NCBI GenBank assembly: GCA_016179765.1
Contig: JACPCL010000029.1
Location: 10,333-74,332, forward strand
Direction of reading: 5' to 3'
DNA: 64,000 bases
Source: Chloroflexota bacterium
GTDB taxonomy: Bacteria; Chloroflexota; Dehalococcoidia; Lucifugimonadales; JACPCL1
Shown piece after piece: positions 42,534 through 51,202 of this stretch. Numbering within the stretch: the first letter of the stretch is position 1; every line of letters begins with the position of its first letter. The translations under genes were made by a program, and so were the position numbers. A model generated the notes under the pieces. It was not told the DNA's origin, ran no database searches, and saw nothing but the letters and a program-made list of their open reading frames with translations.

Positions 42534-42673
42534 AGGTATCCTTCAGCCGAAGGATTGATTTGTATCTGGGGGACACCCCCAGGCCCCCACCCATTCGCTA
42601 CCGCTCAGGGCAGGCTCCGGGGCTACGTCCTTCAGCTGAAGGGCTTCGCCCCTCTGGACTCCCCTTTTTCAGC
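42534..42673. mobile_element. MITE-like element, family 1 (5'-truncated copy)
   Basis: Shares ggtatcc...gatttgtatctgggggacaccccc...cccctctggactcccctttttcagc with the copies at 44026 and 52855. Ends 6 nt from the stop of the 42680 gene. Confidence 0.65.
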
Positions 42674-42679
42674 ATCCTG

Positions 42680-43984
42680 TTAGGTGCCGCGCAGATGCTC
42701 GGCGGCGTCCCGGATGGCGGCGATGGTCTGGTCCAGGTCCTGGTCGGTGTGGGCCAGGGAGAGGTAGAACTTCTGGCCGCCCTTCAGGATGCCGCGCTCC
42801 AGGAGGAGGCGGTTGAACCTCCTGAGCATGGCGCCGTTGGCGCTGAGGGTGGAGCGATAGGTGGTGATGGGCGCTTCGGTGAAGTAGACGTCAAAGACGG
42901 TGTCCTCGCCGCAGACCCTAGCGGGGATCTCCGCCTGGTCTAACGTTTGTTGGAGGGCTGTGCGGAGTCGGCTGCCGGCGTCGTGCAGGCGCTGGTAGAC
43001 GCCGGGCTTGCGGAGCTCGGCCAGGGTGGCAAGGCCAGCCACGGCGGCTACCGGGTTGCCGTTGAGGGTGCCGGTCTGGGGGATGAAGTCGCCGCCCGCG
43101 ACGGCCCCGGCGTCGTAGGCGCGCATGATGTCGGCGCGGCCGCACACCGCCGCCAGGGGATAGCCGCCGCCTATCACTTTGCCCAGGGCGGCCAGGTCTG
43201 GCGTTACGCCGTAGTACTCCTGGGCTCCGCCGTAGGCGAAACGGAAGCCGGTGACCACCTCGTCAAAGATCAGGGGTATGCCGTAGCGCGCCGTGACCTC
43301 CCGCAGCCCCTGGAGGAACCCTGGCGCGGGCGGTAGGATGCGCTGCATCGGCTCCACGATGACGGCAGCCAGCTCGTCGTGGCGCTTGGTGATGATGCTG
43401 GCCGTGGCGTCCAGGTCGTTGAAGGGTGCGATGAGCATGGTGTCCTGGATGGCTTTGGGGATACCGGCGGAGCCTGCCAGGGGGGTTGGGAAGTCTACCA
43501 GGCGAGCAGGGGTGACGCTCTGGAGGGCGTAGTCGCTGGAGCCGTGGAAGCCGCCTTCAAACTTCAGCACCACGTCCCGCTTGCGGTAGGCGCGGGCGGC
43601 GCGCATGGCCTGGAAGGTGGCGTCGGTGCCGGAGGTGGTGAAGCGCACCATGTCGGCGCAGGGGACGGCCTTGCACACCTCTTCGGCAAGCTGCACGATG
43701 GCGCCGTTGGTGAGGAAGAAAGTGCTGCCCTGGTCAAGCTGAGAGCGCACCGCCTCTACCACTGCGGGGTGGGCGTGGCCCAGGAGCATGGGGCCGGAGC
43801 CAAGGAGGTAGTCAATGTACTCGTTGCCGCTGAAGTCCCAGACCTTGGCGCCGCGCCCGCCCTGGACGAGGAAGCCGTCGTCGTAGTTGGAGGGGGCGTT
43901 GCCCAGGGTGGCACCAGGCAGGTAGCGTCGCGCTTTTTCCAGCAGGGCTTTCTCCTGGGGGCTTTGGGGTTTGCGTGGGTGCAT
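42680..43984 (-). CDS. Class III PLP aminotransferase (glutamate-1-semialdehyde aminomutase-like)
   Basis: 434 aa. DYLLGSGPMLLGHAHP, FTTSGTDA, IFDEVVTGFR, and the overall GSA-AT-like pattern. Confidence 0.8.
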   Translation of the reverse strand: MHPRKPQSPQEKALLEKARRYLPGATLGNAPSNYDDGFLVQGGRGAKVWDFSGNEYIDYLLGSGPMLLGHAHPAVVEAVRSQLDQGSTFFLTNGAIVQLAEEVCKAVPCADMVRFTTSGTDATFQAMRAARAYRKRDVVLKFEGGFHGSSDYALQSVTPARLVDFPTPLAGSAGIPKAIQDTMLIAPFNDLDATASIITKRHDELAAVIVEPMQRILPPAPGFLQGLREVTARYGIPLIFDEVVTGFRFAYGGAQEYYGVTPDLAALGKVIGGGYPLAAVCGRADIMRAYDAGAVAGGDFIPQTGTLNGNPVAAVAGLATLAELRKPGVYQRLHDAGSRLRTALQQTLDQAEIPARVCGEDTVFDVYFTEAPITTYRSTLSANGAMLRRFNRLLLERGILKGGQKFYLSLAHTDQDLDQTIAAIRDAAEHLRGT

Positions 43985-44025
43985 GGAGGGCTATCCAGTC
44001 TGCCAACAGAGTTGGCCTAGCACGG

Positions 44026-44160
44026 TGCTGAAAAACACCCCCAAACCCCCTCAAGGGGGTTCAAGGTATCCGCCTACGGCGGATGGATTTGTATCTGGGG
44101 GACACCCCCAGACCCCCGCCAGAGGGGCGTAGCCCCTCTGGACTCCCCTTTTTCCCCAGC
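44026..44160. mobile_element. MITE-like element, family 1 (full copy)
   Basis: gtgctgaaaaacacccccaaaccc...ggttcaaggtatccgcctacggcggatggatttgtatctgggggacaccccc...ggactcccctttttcc. Termini GCTGAAAAA / TTTTTC are inverted. Confidence 0.7.
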
Positions 44161-44182
44161 CTGCAAAGTTTGGGGGCCTTGG

Positions 44183-45124
44183 CTATCCCGCTGCCTTTTT
44201 CTTGTGCATCACGTCCACCAGCTCCTGGACGGCGGCGGCGGACTTCTTGAGCATCGCCTCTTCTTCGGCGGAGAGCTTGAGCTGAATGACCTGCTCCAGG
44301 CCCTTGGCGCCCAGCTTGACGGGCACGCCGACGAAGAGGTTGCGCAGCCCGTATTCGCCGTTGAGGAGGACGGCGCAGGGCAGGATGCGTTTCTGGTCCA
44401 GCACGATGGAGTCCACCATCTCCGCCACGCCGGCGGCGGGGGCGTAGTAGGCACTGCCGGTCTTGAGGAGGTTGACAATCTCTCCGCCGCCGTCCCGGGT
44501 GCGCTGGACAATCTGGTCCAGGCGCGCCTTGGGGATGAGGTTGCTCACGGGCACGCCGCCGACGGTGGTGTAGCCGACCAGGGGAACCATGGTGTCGCCG
44601 TGGCCGCCGAGGACGTAGGCCTGGATGTCGCGGACGGAGGTCTTGAGCTCCATGGAGAGAAAGGTGCGGAAGCGGGCGGTGTCCAGGATGCCGGACTGGC
44701 CGATGACGCGCTCGCGGGGGAAGCCGCTGCTCTCCAGGGCAACGTGGCACATGGCGTCCAGGGGGTTGGTGACAATGATGATAATGCTGTTAGGAGAGTG
44801 CTTGACGACCTGCTTGGTCACGCCGTCAATGATGCCCATGTTGGTGAACAGCAGGTCATCGCGGCTCATACCCGGCCGGCGGGCAATGCCGGAGGTGATG
44901 ACCACCACGTCGGAGCCGGCGGTGGGCTCGTAGCTGTTGGCGCCGATGATGCTGGCGTCGGAGCCGACGACGGGGCCGGACTCTAGCATGTCCAGGGCCT
45001 TGCCCTGGGGCAGGCCCTCCACAATGTCCACGAGGACAACATCGGCGTAGCCGCGCTCAAAGATGCGCTGAGCGGTGGTGGCGCCTACCTGGCCGGCGCC
45101 GACGATGGTTACCTTTTTACGCAT
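44183..45124 (-). CDS. mdh: Malate dehydrogenase (LDH-like family)
   Basis: [18 protein letters not shown]..., IVTNPLD, GGHGD. AGGAGG RBS. Confidence 0.9.
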   Translation of the reverse strand: MRKKVTIVGAGQVGATTAQRIFERGYADVVLVDIVEGLPQGKALDMLESGPVVGSDASIIGANSYEPTAGSDVVVITSGIARRPGMSRDDLLFTNMGIIDGVTKQVVKHSPNSIIIIVTNPLDAMCHVALESSGFPRERVIGQSGILDTARFRTFLSMELKTSVRDIQAYVLGGHGDTMVPLVGYTTVGGVPVSNLIPKARLDQIVQRTRDGGGEIVNLLKTGSAYYAPAAGVAEMVDSIVLDQKRILPCAVLLNGEYGLRNLFVGVPVKLGAKGLEQVIQLKLSAEEEAMLKKSAAAVQELVDVMHKKKAAG

Positions 45125-45193
45125 TGGAATGCTCCTCCTGCTTGGTGGTGTTTGGGTGCATTGTTAGCCTTGGCATGGAAATGAGCATCTTAT

Positions 45194-45428
45194 GTCATGC
45201 TGAGAGAGCAAGGCAAGAGAGAACGCAGCGAAAAATCTCTCCTGGTGAGAGATTCATTCAGTCGCCCTTTCCGTGCGGGAAGGACCCGCTCAGCATGGCT
45301 TATGCTGGCCTCCAACACCAGGAAGGAACAGTTCCTTCCCCTTTGACCTGGGGAGGCCAGGATAGGGGCGAACGAGGGCCTACCCCCTACCTCAATCCTC
45401 CCCCGCAAGGGGGGAGGAAGCTATTCTG
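45194..45428. mobile_element. Composite repeat (GTCATGCTGAG-type MITE + second module)
   Basis: gtcatgctgag...ctcagcatgg (45194-45298), then a module aligning with 35311-35455. Confidence 0.65.
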
Positions 45429-45451
45429 GTGGTCGTAATAGGAAGAAGAGG

Positions 45452-46669
45452 CTAGCTCTTCTTTTGAGTGAAGACGTAGGCGTTCCAGCGGCTTTCCAGG
45501 GTGGGGTCTTCCACGGTGTGCATGAGGTAGTCGCCAAACTGGTGGCCGGTGGCGCCGTTGTTGCGGCCGGTCATGACCACCTTGCGCTCGTACTGGCCGC
45601 AGACGTCAATGGCCATGTGGAGCTTCTTGCCCAAGTCGGCGAAGCCGATGTGCTCCAGCATCATGGCGGCGGCGCGGGCGACGGAGCTGGGGTCGGCGTA
45701 CTGGGCGCGGCCCTCCTTGACCATGCGTGGGGCGGTGCCGTGGATGGCCTCAAACATGGCGTAGCGCTGGCCGATGTTGGCGCTGCCGGCGGTACCCACG
45801 CCGCCCTGGATCTGGGCGGCCTCGTCGGTGAGGATGTCGCCGTAGAGGTTGGGCAGCGCCATGACCTGGAACTCCTTGCGGCGGGCCGTGTTGATGAGCA
45901 TGGCGGTCATGATGTCAATGTACCAGCCGTCCCAGGTGATGCCGGGGTAGTTCTTGGCGATTCTGCCGGCGACTTCCAGGAACTTGCCATCGGTGGCTTT
46001 CACGATGTTGGCTTTGGTGATGATGGAGACTTTGGTCTTGCCGGTGCGTTTGGCGTGGGCGAAGGCGGCTTCTATGATGCGCTCCGACCCCTGGGTGGTG
46101 ATGACGCGGAAGTCCACGGCGAGGTCGTCGGTGACGTTGACGCCCTGGCTGCCCACGGCGTACAGGTCTTCGGTGTTCTCTCGGAAGAAGGTCCAGTCAA
46201 CGCCCTGGTCCGGGATGCGCGTGGGGCGGACGTTGGCGAAGAGGTCAAGCTCTTTGCGCATGGCGACGTTGGCGCTTTCAATATTGGGCCAGCCATCGCC
46301 CTTTTCCGGCGTGTGGGTTGGGCCTTTGAGGGTAACGTGGCACTGTTTGATTTCGGCCAGAACGTCGTCGGGGATGGCCTTGAGGCGGGCGGCGCGGTTT
46401 TCTATGGTGAGGCCTTCAATGACGCGGAACCGCACCTTGCCCCGTTTCACCTCGTCCCGCAGGAGGTACTCCAGGACGCGCTGGGTCTCGGCGGTGATCA
46501 GAGGGCCAATGCCGTCTCCGCCGATGACGCCGATGACGATGGGACTTACTTTGGAAAAGTCTAATTTTTCCGTGCTCTGCTTCAGACGCTCCACGCGCTC
46601 AAGCTGCTCCTCAACGATCTTACCAAAATGTTCCTTGGCCCGGTTCACTACTCGTGGGTCTACCGCCAT
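45452..46669 (-). CDS. icd: Isocitrate/isopropylmalate dehydrogenase family protein (isocitrate dehydrogenase-like)
   Basis: 405 aa from ATG 46669 (AAGGAG RBS). NLYGDILTDEAAQIQGGVGTAGSANIG, HGTAP. Adjacent to mdh. Confidence 0.7.
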   Translation of the reverse strand: MAVDPRVVNRAKEHFGKIVEEQLERVERLKQSTEKLDFSKVSPIVIGVIGGDGIGPLITAETQRVLEYLLRDEVKRGKVRFRVIEGLTIENRAARLKAIPDDVLAEIKQCHVTLKGPTHTPEKGDGWPNIESANVAMRKELDLFANVRPTRIPDQGVDWTFFRENTEDLYAVGSQGVNVTDDLAVDFRVITTQGSERIIEAAFAHAKRTGKTKVSIITKANIVKATDGKFLEVAGRIAKNYPGITWDGWYIDIMTAMLINTARRKEFQVMALPNLYGDILTDEAAQIQGGVGTAGSANIGQRYAMFEAIHGTAPRMVKEGRAQYADPSSVARAAAMMLEHIGFADLGKKLHMAIDVCGQYERKVVMTGRNNGATGHQFGDYLMHTVEDPTLESRWNAYVFTQKKS

Positions 46670-46918
46670 GTCGCTCCTTTCTGCCGGGGTCGCGCAGGAT
46701 TTTCCCTTGGCGACCACTTGATGGTACTGGGGGGGAGGCTCCTGGGTAGGTGATGGAGAGGGAGGACCGCGGGCCGCACCGCACCCATTGCATGTTGCAT
46801 CCCAGGTGGATTATAGCAGGAAACGGAGAGGTGGCAATGAAGTCCCGCCTATGGGTCAGCCTTAGGCTGGCGATGATTATCAATAGGTGATGTTTATTGG
46901 CATGGGTAATGCTCCAAC

Positions 46919-46958
46919 AAGCAGGAAACCCTGGGCTTAAGCCCAGGGTTTCCTGCTT
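46919..46958 (-). terminator. 18-bp perfect hairpin terminator
   Basis: AAGCAGGAAACCCTGGGC ttaa GCCCAGGGTTTCCTGCTT, starting 4 nt after the small-ORF stop. Followed on the minus strand by TTGTTGG. Confidence 0.65.
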
Positions 46959-46961
46959 CGT

Positions 46962-47174
46962 TTATGTCCGTTTCCAGCCTATCTTGTACCAGGGGAGGCC
47001 CAGCTCCCATCGGCGGCGCTGGCTTGCTTTCCATCGGCTCTGCCTTTGGACGGGCGGGAGGGTGATCCCCTGGCGGGCCAAGGTGGCTTCTACAATGGCG
47101 GCTACCGCCTTCATGAGGGGAGACGCATCAGGAGGCTGGGCCTGTTGGTGGGGTGTGTGGGGTTGGTTGTCCAT
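46962..47174 (-). CDS. Small protein downstream of the carboxyltransferase gene (possibly acyl-CoA carboxylase epsilon-like)
   Basis: 70 aa from ATG 47174 (AGGAG RBS): MDNQPH...ASPLMKAVAAIVEATLARQG...RWKASQRRRWEL. The position and the helix-plus-basic-W-rich-tail pattern recall AccE-type subunits. Weak call. Confidence 0.35.
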   Translation of the reverse strand: MDNQPHTPHQQAQPPDASPLMKAVAAIVEATLARQGITLPPVQRQSRWKASQRRRWELGLPWYKIGWKRT

Positions 47175-47275
47175 GAGCAGCTCCTGGATCCCAGCGTTGG
47201 GCAAGGCTTGCTTGCAAGGGTTACAACGCATGGGGCCAGGGAACGTCAGCAACGAGGGCGTGCGTCTTTTTGGTC

Positions 47276-48838
47276 TTACAGGGGGATGTTGCCATGCTTC
47301 TTGGGTGGCATGGTGTCCCGCTTGTTTTGCAGCATTTCCAGGGCCTTGATGACCTTGACGCGGGTTTCAGCGGGGTTAATGACGTCGTCAATATAGCCGC
47401 GATTGGCGGCCACGTAGGGGTTGGCCCATCGGGTGCGGTACTCCTGGACAAGCTGCGCCCGCAGTTCCTCCTGGTTCTCGGCGGCGGCTAGCTCGTCCTT
47501 ATAGAGGACGCCTACAGCACCCTCTGGCCCCATGACGGCGATCTCCGCGGTGGGCCAGGCGTAGTTGATATCGGCTCCGAGGTGCTTGCTGCCCATGACC
47601 AGATACGCGCCGCCGTAGGCCTTGCGGGTGAGGACGGTGATCTTTGGCACGGTCGCCTCGGCGTAGGCGTAGATGAGTTTTGCGCCGTGGCGGATGATGC
47701 CGCGGTGCTCCTGCTCGGTGCCGGGCAAGAAACCGGGCACGTCTACCAGGGTGAGGATGGGAATGTTGAAGGAGTCGCAGAAGCGGACGAAGCGGGCGGC
47801 CTTGGTAGAGGCGTCTATGTCCAGGACGCCGGCCAGGTAGAGGGGCTGCTGGGCGACAATGCCGGTGGAGAATCCCCCCATGCGAGCAAAGCCGACGATG
47901 ATGTTCTGGGCGAACTGGGCGTGCACCTCCATGAAATCGCCATCGTCCACGATGCGGTTGATGACCTCTCGCATGTTGTAGCCCTTGACCAGGTCATCGG
48001 GCACGATGTGGGTGAGGACGTCGTCGGTGCGGGCGGGATCGTCAAAGGGAGGGATGAAAGGGGGGTCGTCCATGTTGTTCTGGGGCAAGAAGGCGAGGAG
48101 TCGCCGCACTTCGCTCAGGCACTCCTGCTCCGAGGCGGAGTTGAAATGGGCGACACCGCTCATGGTGGCGTGGCTTTCAGCGCCGCCCAAGGTCTCGTGG
48201 CTGACCACCTCGCCGGTAGCAGCTTTGATGACGTCTGGCCCGGTGATGTACATCTGGCCCAGGTCCTGGACCATGAAGACGAAGTCGGTGATGGCAGGGG
48301 AGTAGACGGCGCCGCCGGCGCAGGGGCCAAGGATGACGGAGAGCTGGGGGACGACGCCGGAGGCCATGGTGTTGCGCAGGAAGAGCTCGCCGTAGCCCGC
48401 CAGGCTCACGACCCCTTCCTGGATGCGGGCGCCGCCGGAGTCGTTGAGGCCGATGATGGGAGCGCCATTCTTCATGGCCAGGTCCATCACCTTGTTCACC
48501 TTCTCGGCCACGGCCTCGGAGAGGGAGCCGCCCAGCACGGTGAAGTCTTGGGCGTAGACGTAGGTTGATCTCCCGTTAATCTTGCCGAATCCGGTGACGA
48601 CGGCGTCGCCCAGATAACCACGGGAGCCGGGTTCCGTATCGGCTGCCCAACTGGTGACGAAGGGGTCCAGCTCTTGAAAGGTGCCTGGGTCCAGGAGGAG
48701 TTCCAGGCGCTCGCGGGCGGTGAGCTTGCCCTTGAGGTGTTGCTGCTCAATGCGCTTGAGGCCGCCACCCAAATGGCCTTGCTCTCTGAGCCTATTAAGC
48801 TCTTCCAGGCGCTCTTCAATACGTTTTTCTACAGCCAT
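47276..48838 (-). CDS. pccB: Acyl-CoA carboxylase carboxyltransferase (beta) subunit, propionyl-CoA carboxylase beta-like
   Basis: 520 aa from ATG 48838. GKLTARERLELLLDPGTF, DSGGARIQEG, GPCAGGAVYSPA, ...FPGTEQE... Confidence 0.88.
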   Translation of the reverse strand: MAVEKRIEERLEELNRLREQGHLGGGLKRIEQQHLKGKLTARERLELLLDPGTFQELDPFVTSWAADTEPGSRGYLGDAVVTGFGKINGRSTYVYAQDFTVLGGSLSEAVAEKVNKVMDLAMKNGAPIIGLNDSGGARIQEGVVSLAGYGELFLRNTMASGVVPQLSVILGPCAGGAVYSPAITDFVFMVQDLGQMYITGPDVIKAATGEVVSHETLGGAESHATMSGVAHFNSASEQECLSEVRRLLAFLPQNNMDDPPFIPPFDDPARTDDVLTHIVPDDLVKGYNMREVINRIVDDGDFMEVHAQFAQNIIVGFARMGGFSTGIVAQQPLYLAGVLDIDASTKAARFVRFCDSFNIPILTLVDVPGFLPGTEQEHRGIIRHGAKLIYAYAEATVPKITVLTRKAYGGAYLVMGSKHLGADINYAWPTAEIAVMGPEGAVGVLYKDELAAAENQEELRAQLVQEYRTRWANPYVAANRGYIDDVINPAETRVKVIKALEMLQNKRDTMPPKKHGNIPL

Positions 48839-49053
48839 CGCTTCCTCTGTTGTCCGCCCCGCGTTAAAGATGATTATGGAGGTGACGGTCTGGGCCATAA
48901 CGCCCAGAGTAATAGCATAAGGATGGCGCCAGGGGGCGGCATTGCTAACACGGCAGTGTACGCCTTTTGCGGCGCGACTTCAAGGGAAAAAGGGGCAGGT
49001 ACGATAGTACCTTACGGCAAGGATTTGGTTCTCTTATGGAACAGTTGTGCTGT

Positions 49054-50397
49054 TTATGCTTTGGCGCCGTCGTACCGCACGACCTCGGCGCGGTCCCGCT
49101 GGAAGCGCAGGTATTGCTCCTTGGTCATGGGGGCTTTGTCGTTGGATTTGATCTCCTTGGCTTTCTGGGCGCCGTTGGCCAGCAGGTCAATGACGGTCAT
49201 GGCCATAGCTTTGGCGGGGGCGATGACGGCGGTGTCGTAGTCCTGGATGACATAATCCGCGCCGTGGCCGGTGCCGGTGGCGCCGCCGCAGTAGGGGTGA
49301 ATGAGGGGCATAATCTGGGCCAGGTCGCCCATGTCGGTAGAGCCGCCGCCGTTGTGGGTGGCGGGCCGGACAAGTACGCTGCCATCGCCCACCAGCTCTT
49401 TGGCGTTGCGCAGGTACACCTCCTGCATGACGGCGTTGTTGCGCATGGGGAGGTAGCCGGGGATGTTGGTGATGCTCACCTGTGCGCCCACGGCCATGGC
49501 CCCGGCCTTGAAGCAGCGGTCAACCTTGCCGCTATTGCTGACCAGGGCGTTCAGGTTGCCGGACCGGACGCGCCACTCCAGGGTGACGTTGGAAGGGACG
49601 GCGCTGACGGCGTCGCCGCCGCGGGTGAGGATACCGTGGACGCGCACCGTATCCTGGTCCCGGAAGGTTTCGCGATTGGCGTTGATGGAGGTGAGGGCGA
49701 TCATGGCGGCGTTGAGGGCGTTGATGCCCATGTGGGGCGCGCCGCCGGCGTGGGCGCCCCTTCCGGTGAATTGTACGAACTTGACGACGTGGCCGTTGCT
49801 GGTGCCGCCGATGCCCAGCTTGAAGGCCTCGGCGCTGGTGTGGGTGATCATGGCCATATCTACATCGTCAAAGACGCCCAGCTTGATGAACTCCTGCTTG
49901 CCGCCCATGAACTCCAGCTTGCCCTCCTCCCGCAGGCGCATGCGGCGCTCCACCTCAATGAACTCCTCCGCTGGCACGGCGACGGGTGCGATACGCCCCG
50001 AGAGGTGGTTGATGACGCCTGGGGCCATGAGGCCGACCATGGCGCCCAGCATGTTGGCGACCTGGCAGTGGTGGCCGCAGGCGTGGGCTGCGCCGGTGAC
50101 GTCGTCATGGAAGGGGTGCTCCAGGACGCGCAGGGAGTCCAGCTCGCCGATGACGGCGACGGTAGGGCCTGGGCCAGCCTTGCCCTGCACCATGCCCTTG
50201 ACGCCGGTGATGGCCAGCGCCGACTGAAAGGGGATCCCCATCTGCTGGAATCGCTGCTGCACCAGGCGAGCGGTCTTCTGCTCCGTGAAGCCCGTCTCCG
50301 GGTTCTGGAGGATGGTCTTGGCGATGCCAATGACCTCCTCTTTACGCTCCTCTATGGCTGTAATGGCCGCCTGCTTTATCTCTGCTACGGTGGGCAT
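49054..50397 (-). CDS. M20D-family amidohydrolase (AbgB / hippurate hydrolase-like)
   Basis: 447 aa. ...NPETGFTEQKT..., AAHACGHH, GGSTDMGD. AGGAGG RBS. Confidence 0.75.
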   Translation of the reverse strand: MPTVAEIKQAAITAIEERKEEVIGIAKTILQNPETGFTEQKTARLVQQRFQQMGIPFQSALAITGVKGMVQGKAGPGPTVAVIGELDSLRVLEHPFHDDVTGAAHACGHHCQVANMLGAMVGLMAPGVINHLSGRIAPVAVPAEEFIEVERRMRLREEGKLEFMGGKQEFIKLGVFDDVDMAMITHTSAEAFKLGIGGTSNGHVVKFVQFTGRGAHAGGAPHMGINALNAAMIALTSINANRETFRDQDTVRVHGILTRGGDAVSAVPSNVTLEWRVRSGNLNALVSNSGKVDRCFKAGAMAVGAQVSITNIPGYLPMRNNAVMQEVYLRNAKELVGDGSVLVRPATHNGGGSTDMGDLAQIMPLIHPYCGGATGTGHGADYVIQDYDTAVIAPAKAMAMTVIDLLANGAQKAKEIKSNDKAPMTKEQYLRFQRDRAEVVRYDGAKA

Positions 50398-50756
50398 GAC
50401 CTACCTCCTGGTAGAAGTTCGGTACAAGGATACAGGATGTGCGGCCCGTGGACAACGCAGGAAACCTCTTCCCGTACCTGTTTCTGTGGAGGTGCCCGAT
50501 CATTCGCCCAGTTATCCTCACCCACCCGCCGACTCCTTCGCGCCGACGGAATTGGGATTCAAGAACAGGCTCTGCGGTTTTCTCCACTTTCCGTTGGAGG
50601 CTCCGATTTTTCGGCCAAGGCTGCTTGGGTCGCGGGGGCGTTGTCTCATGACCCATGGGTGGTACCAATGGGTGGTACTAACGGTCATTGGCAGAAACCG
50701 TAAAGGGATGCATTAATAAGATGTGCTCTGCTAAGAAAGGTGCGTGAGGCCGTTCC

Positions 50757-51128
50757 ATGAAGAAAGTGCTGCTGGCTGACAATGAAGACGGCGTCCTGGC
50801 CCTGCTGGCCGCCGCCCTGGGCAACGATGACCGGTATTCCCTTTTGGTGGCCAGGGATGGGGAGGAGGCCCTGGCCCTGGCCAAGAAGGAGGTCCCAGAC
50901 CTTGTTGTCCTGGACGTCATGATGCCCAAGGTGGATGGGTATCAGGTGTGCCAGGCATTGAAGCAGTCCCCTCCCACCAGACACATCAAGATCGTCATGC
51001 TCACGGCAATGGCGCAATATGCCAACAGGGAAAGGGCCAGGGCCGTTGGCGCGGATGACTATGTTACCAAACCCTTTAGTCCTACGGCCCTGCGAACAAG
51101 GGTAAGGAGTTTGCTGGCGCTGGGGTAG
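50757..51128 (+). CDS. Single-domain response regulator (CheY-like)
   Basis: KVLLADNED..., DLVVLDVMMPKVDG, MLTA, DDYVTKPF. 123 aa, no output domain. Confidence 0.88.
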   Translation: MKKVLLADNEDGVLALLAAALGNDDRYSLLVARDGEEALALAKKEVPDLVVLDVMMPKVDGYQVCQALKQSPPTRHIKIVMLTAMAQYANRERARAVGADDYVTKPFSPTALRTRVRSLLALG

Positions 51129-51154
51129 CTTTCCACCCATGTGGGCGTATGGTA

Positions 51155-51187
51155 CTGTAAGGGCGAGTCGGTGACTCGCCCTTACAG
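51155..51187 (+). terminator. 15-bp perfect hairpin after the CheY-like gene
   Basis: CTGTAAGGGCGAGTC ggt GACTCGCCCTTACAG. Confidence 0.5.
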
Positions 51188-51202
51188 GAAGACAACATAG
51201 CC

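Noticed and set aside
42322-42594. 90-aa ORF as an intact small cupredoxin gene.
   Set aside because: Its first 20 codons (MGGGLGVSPRYKSILRLKDT) are encoded by MITE family 1 sequence (the same peptide string appears in spurious ORFs over other copies). It has no signal peptide or N-terminal ligand His region, so I called it a remnant.
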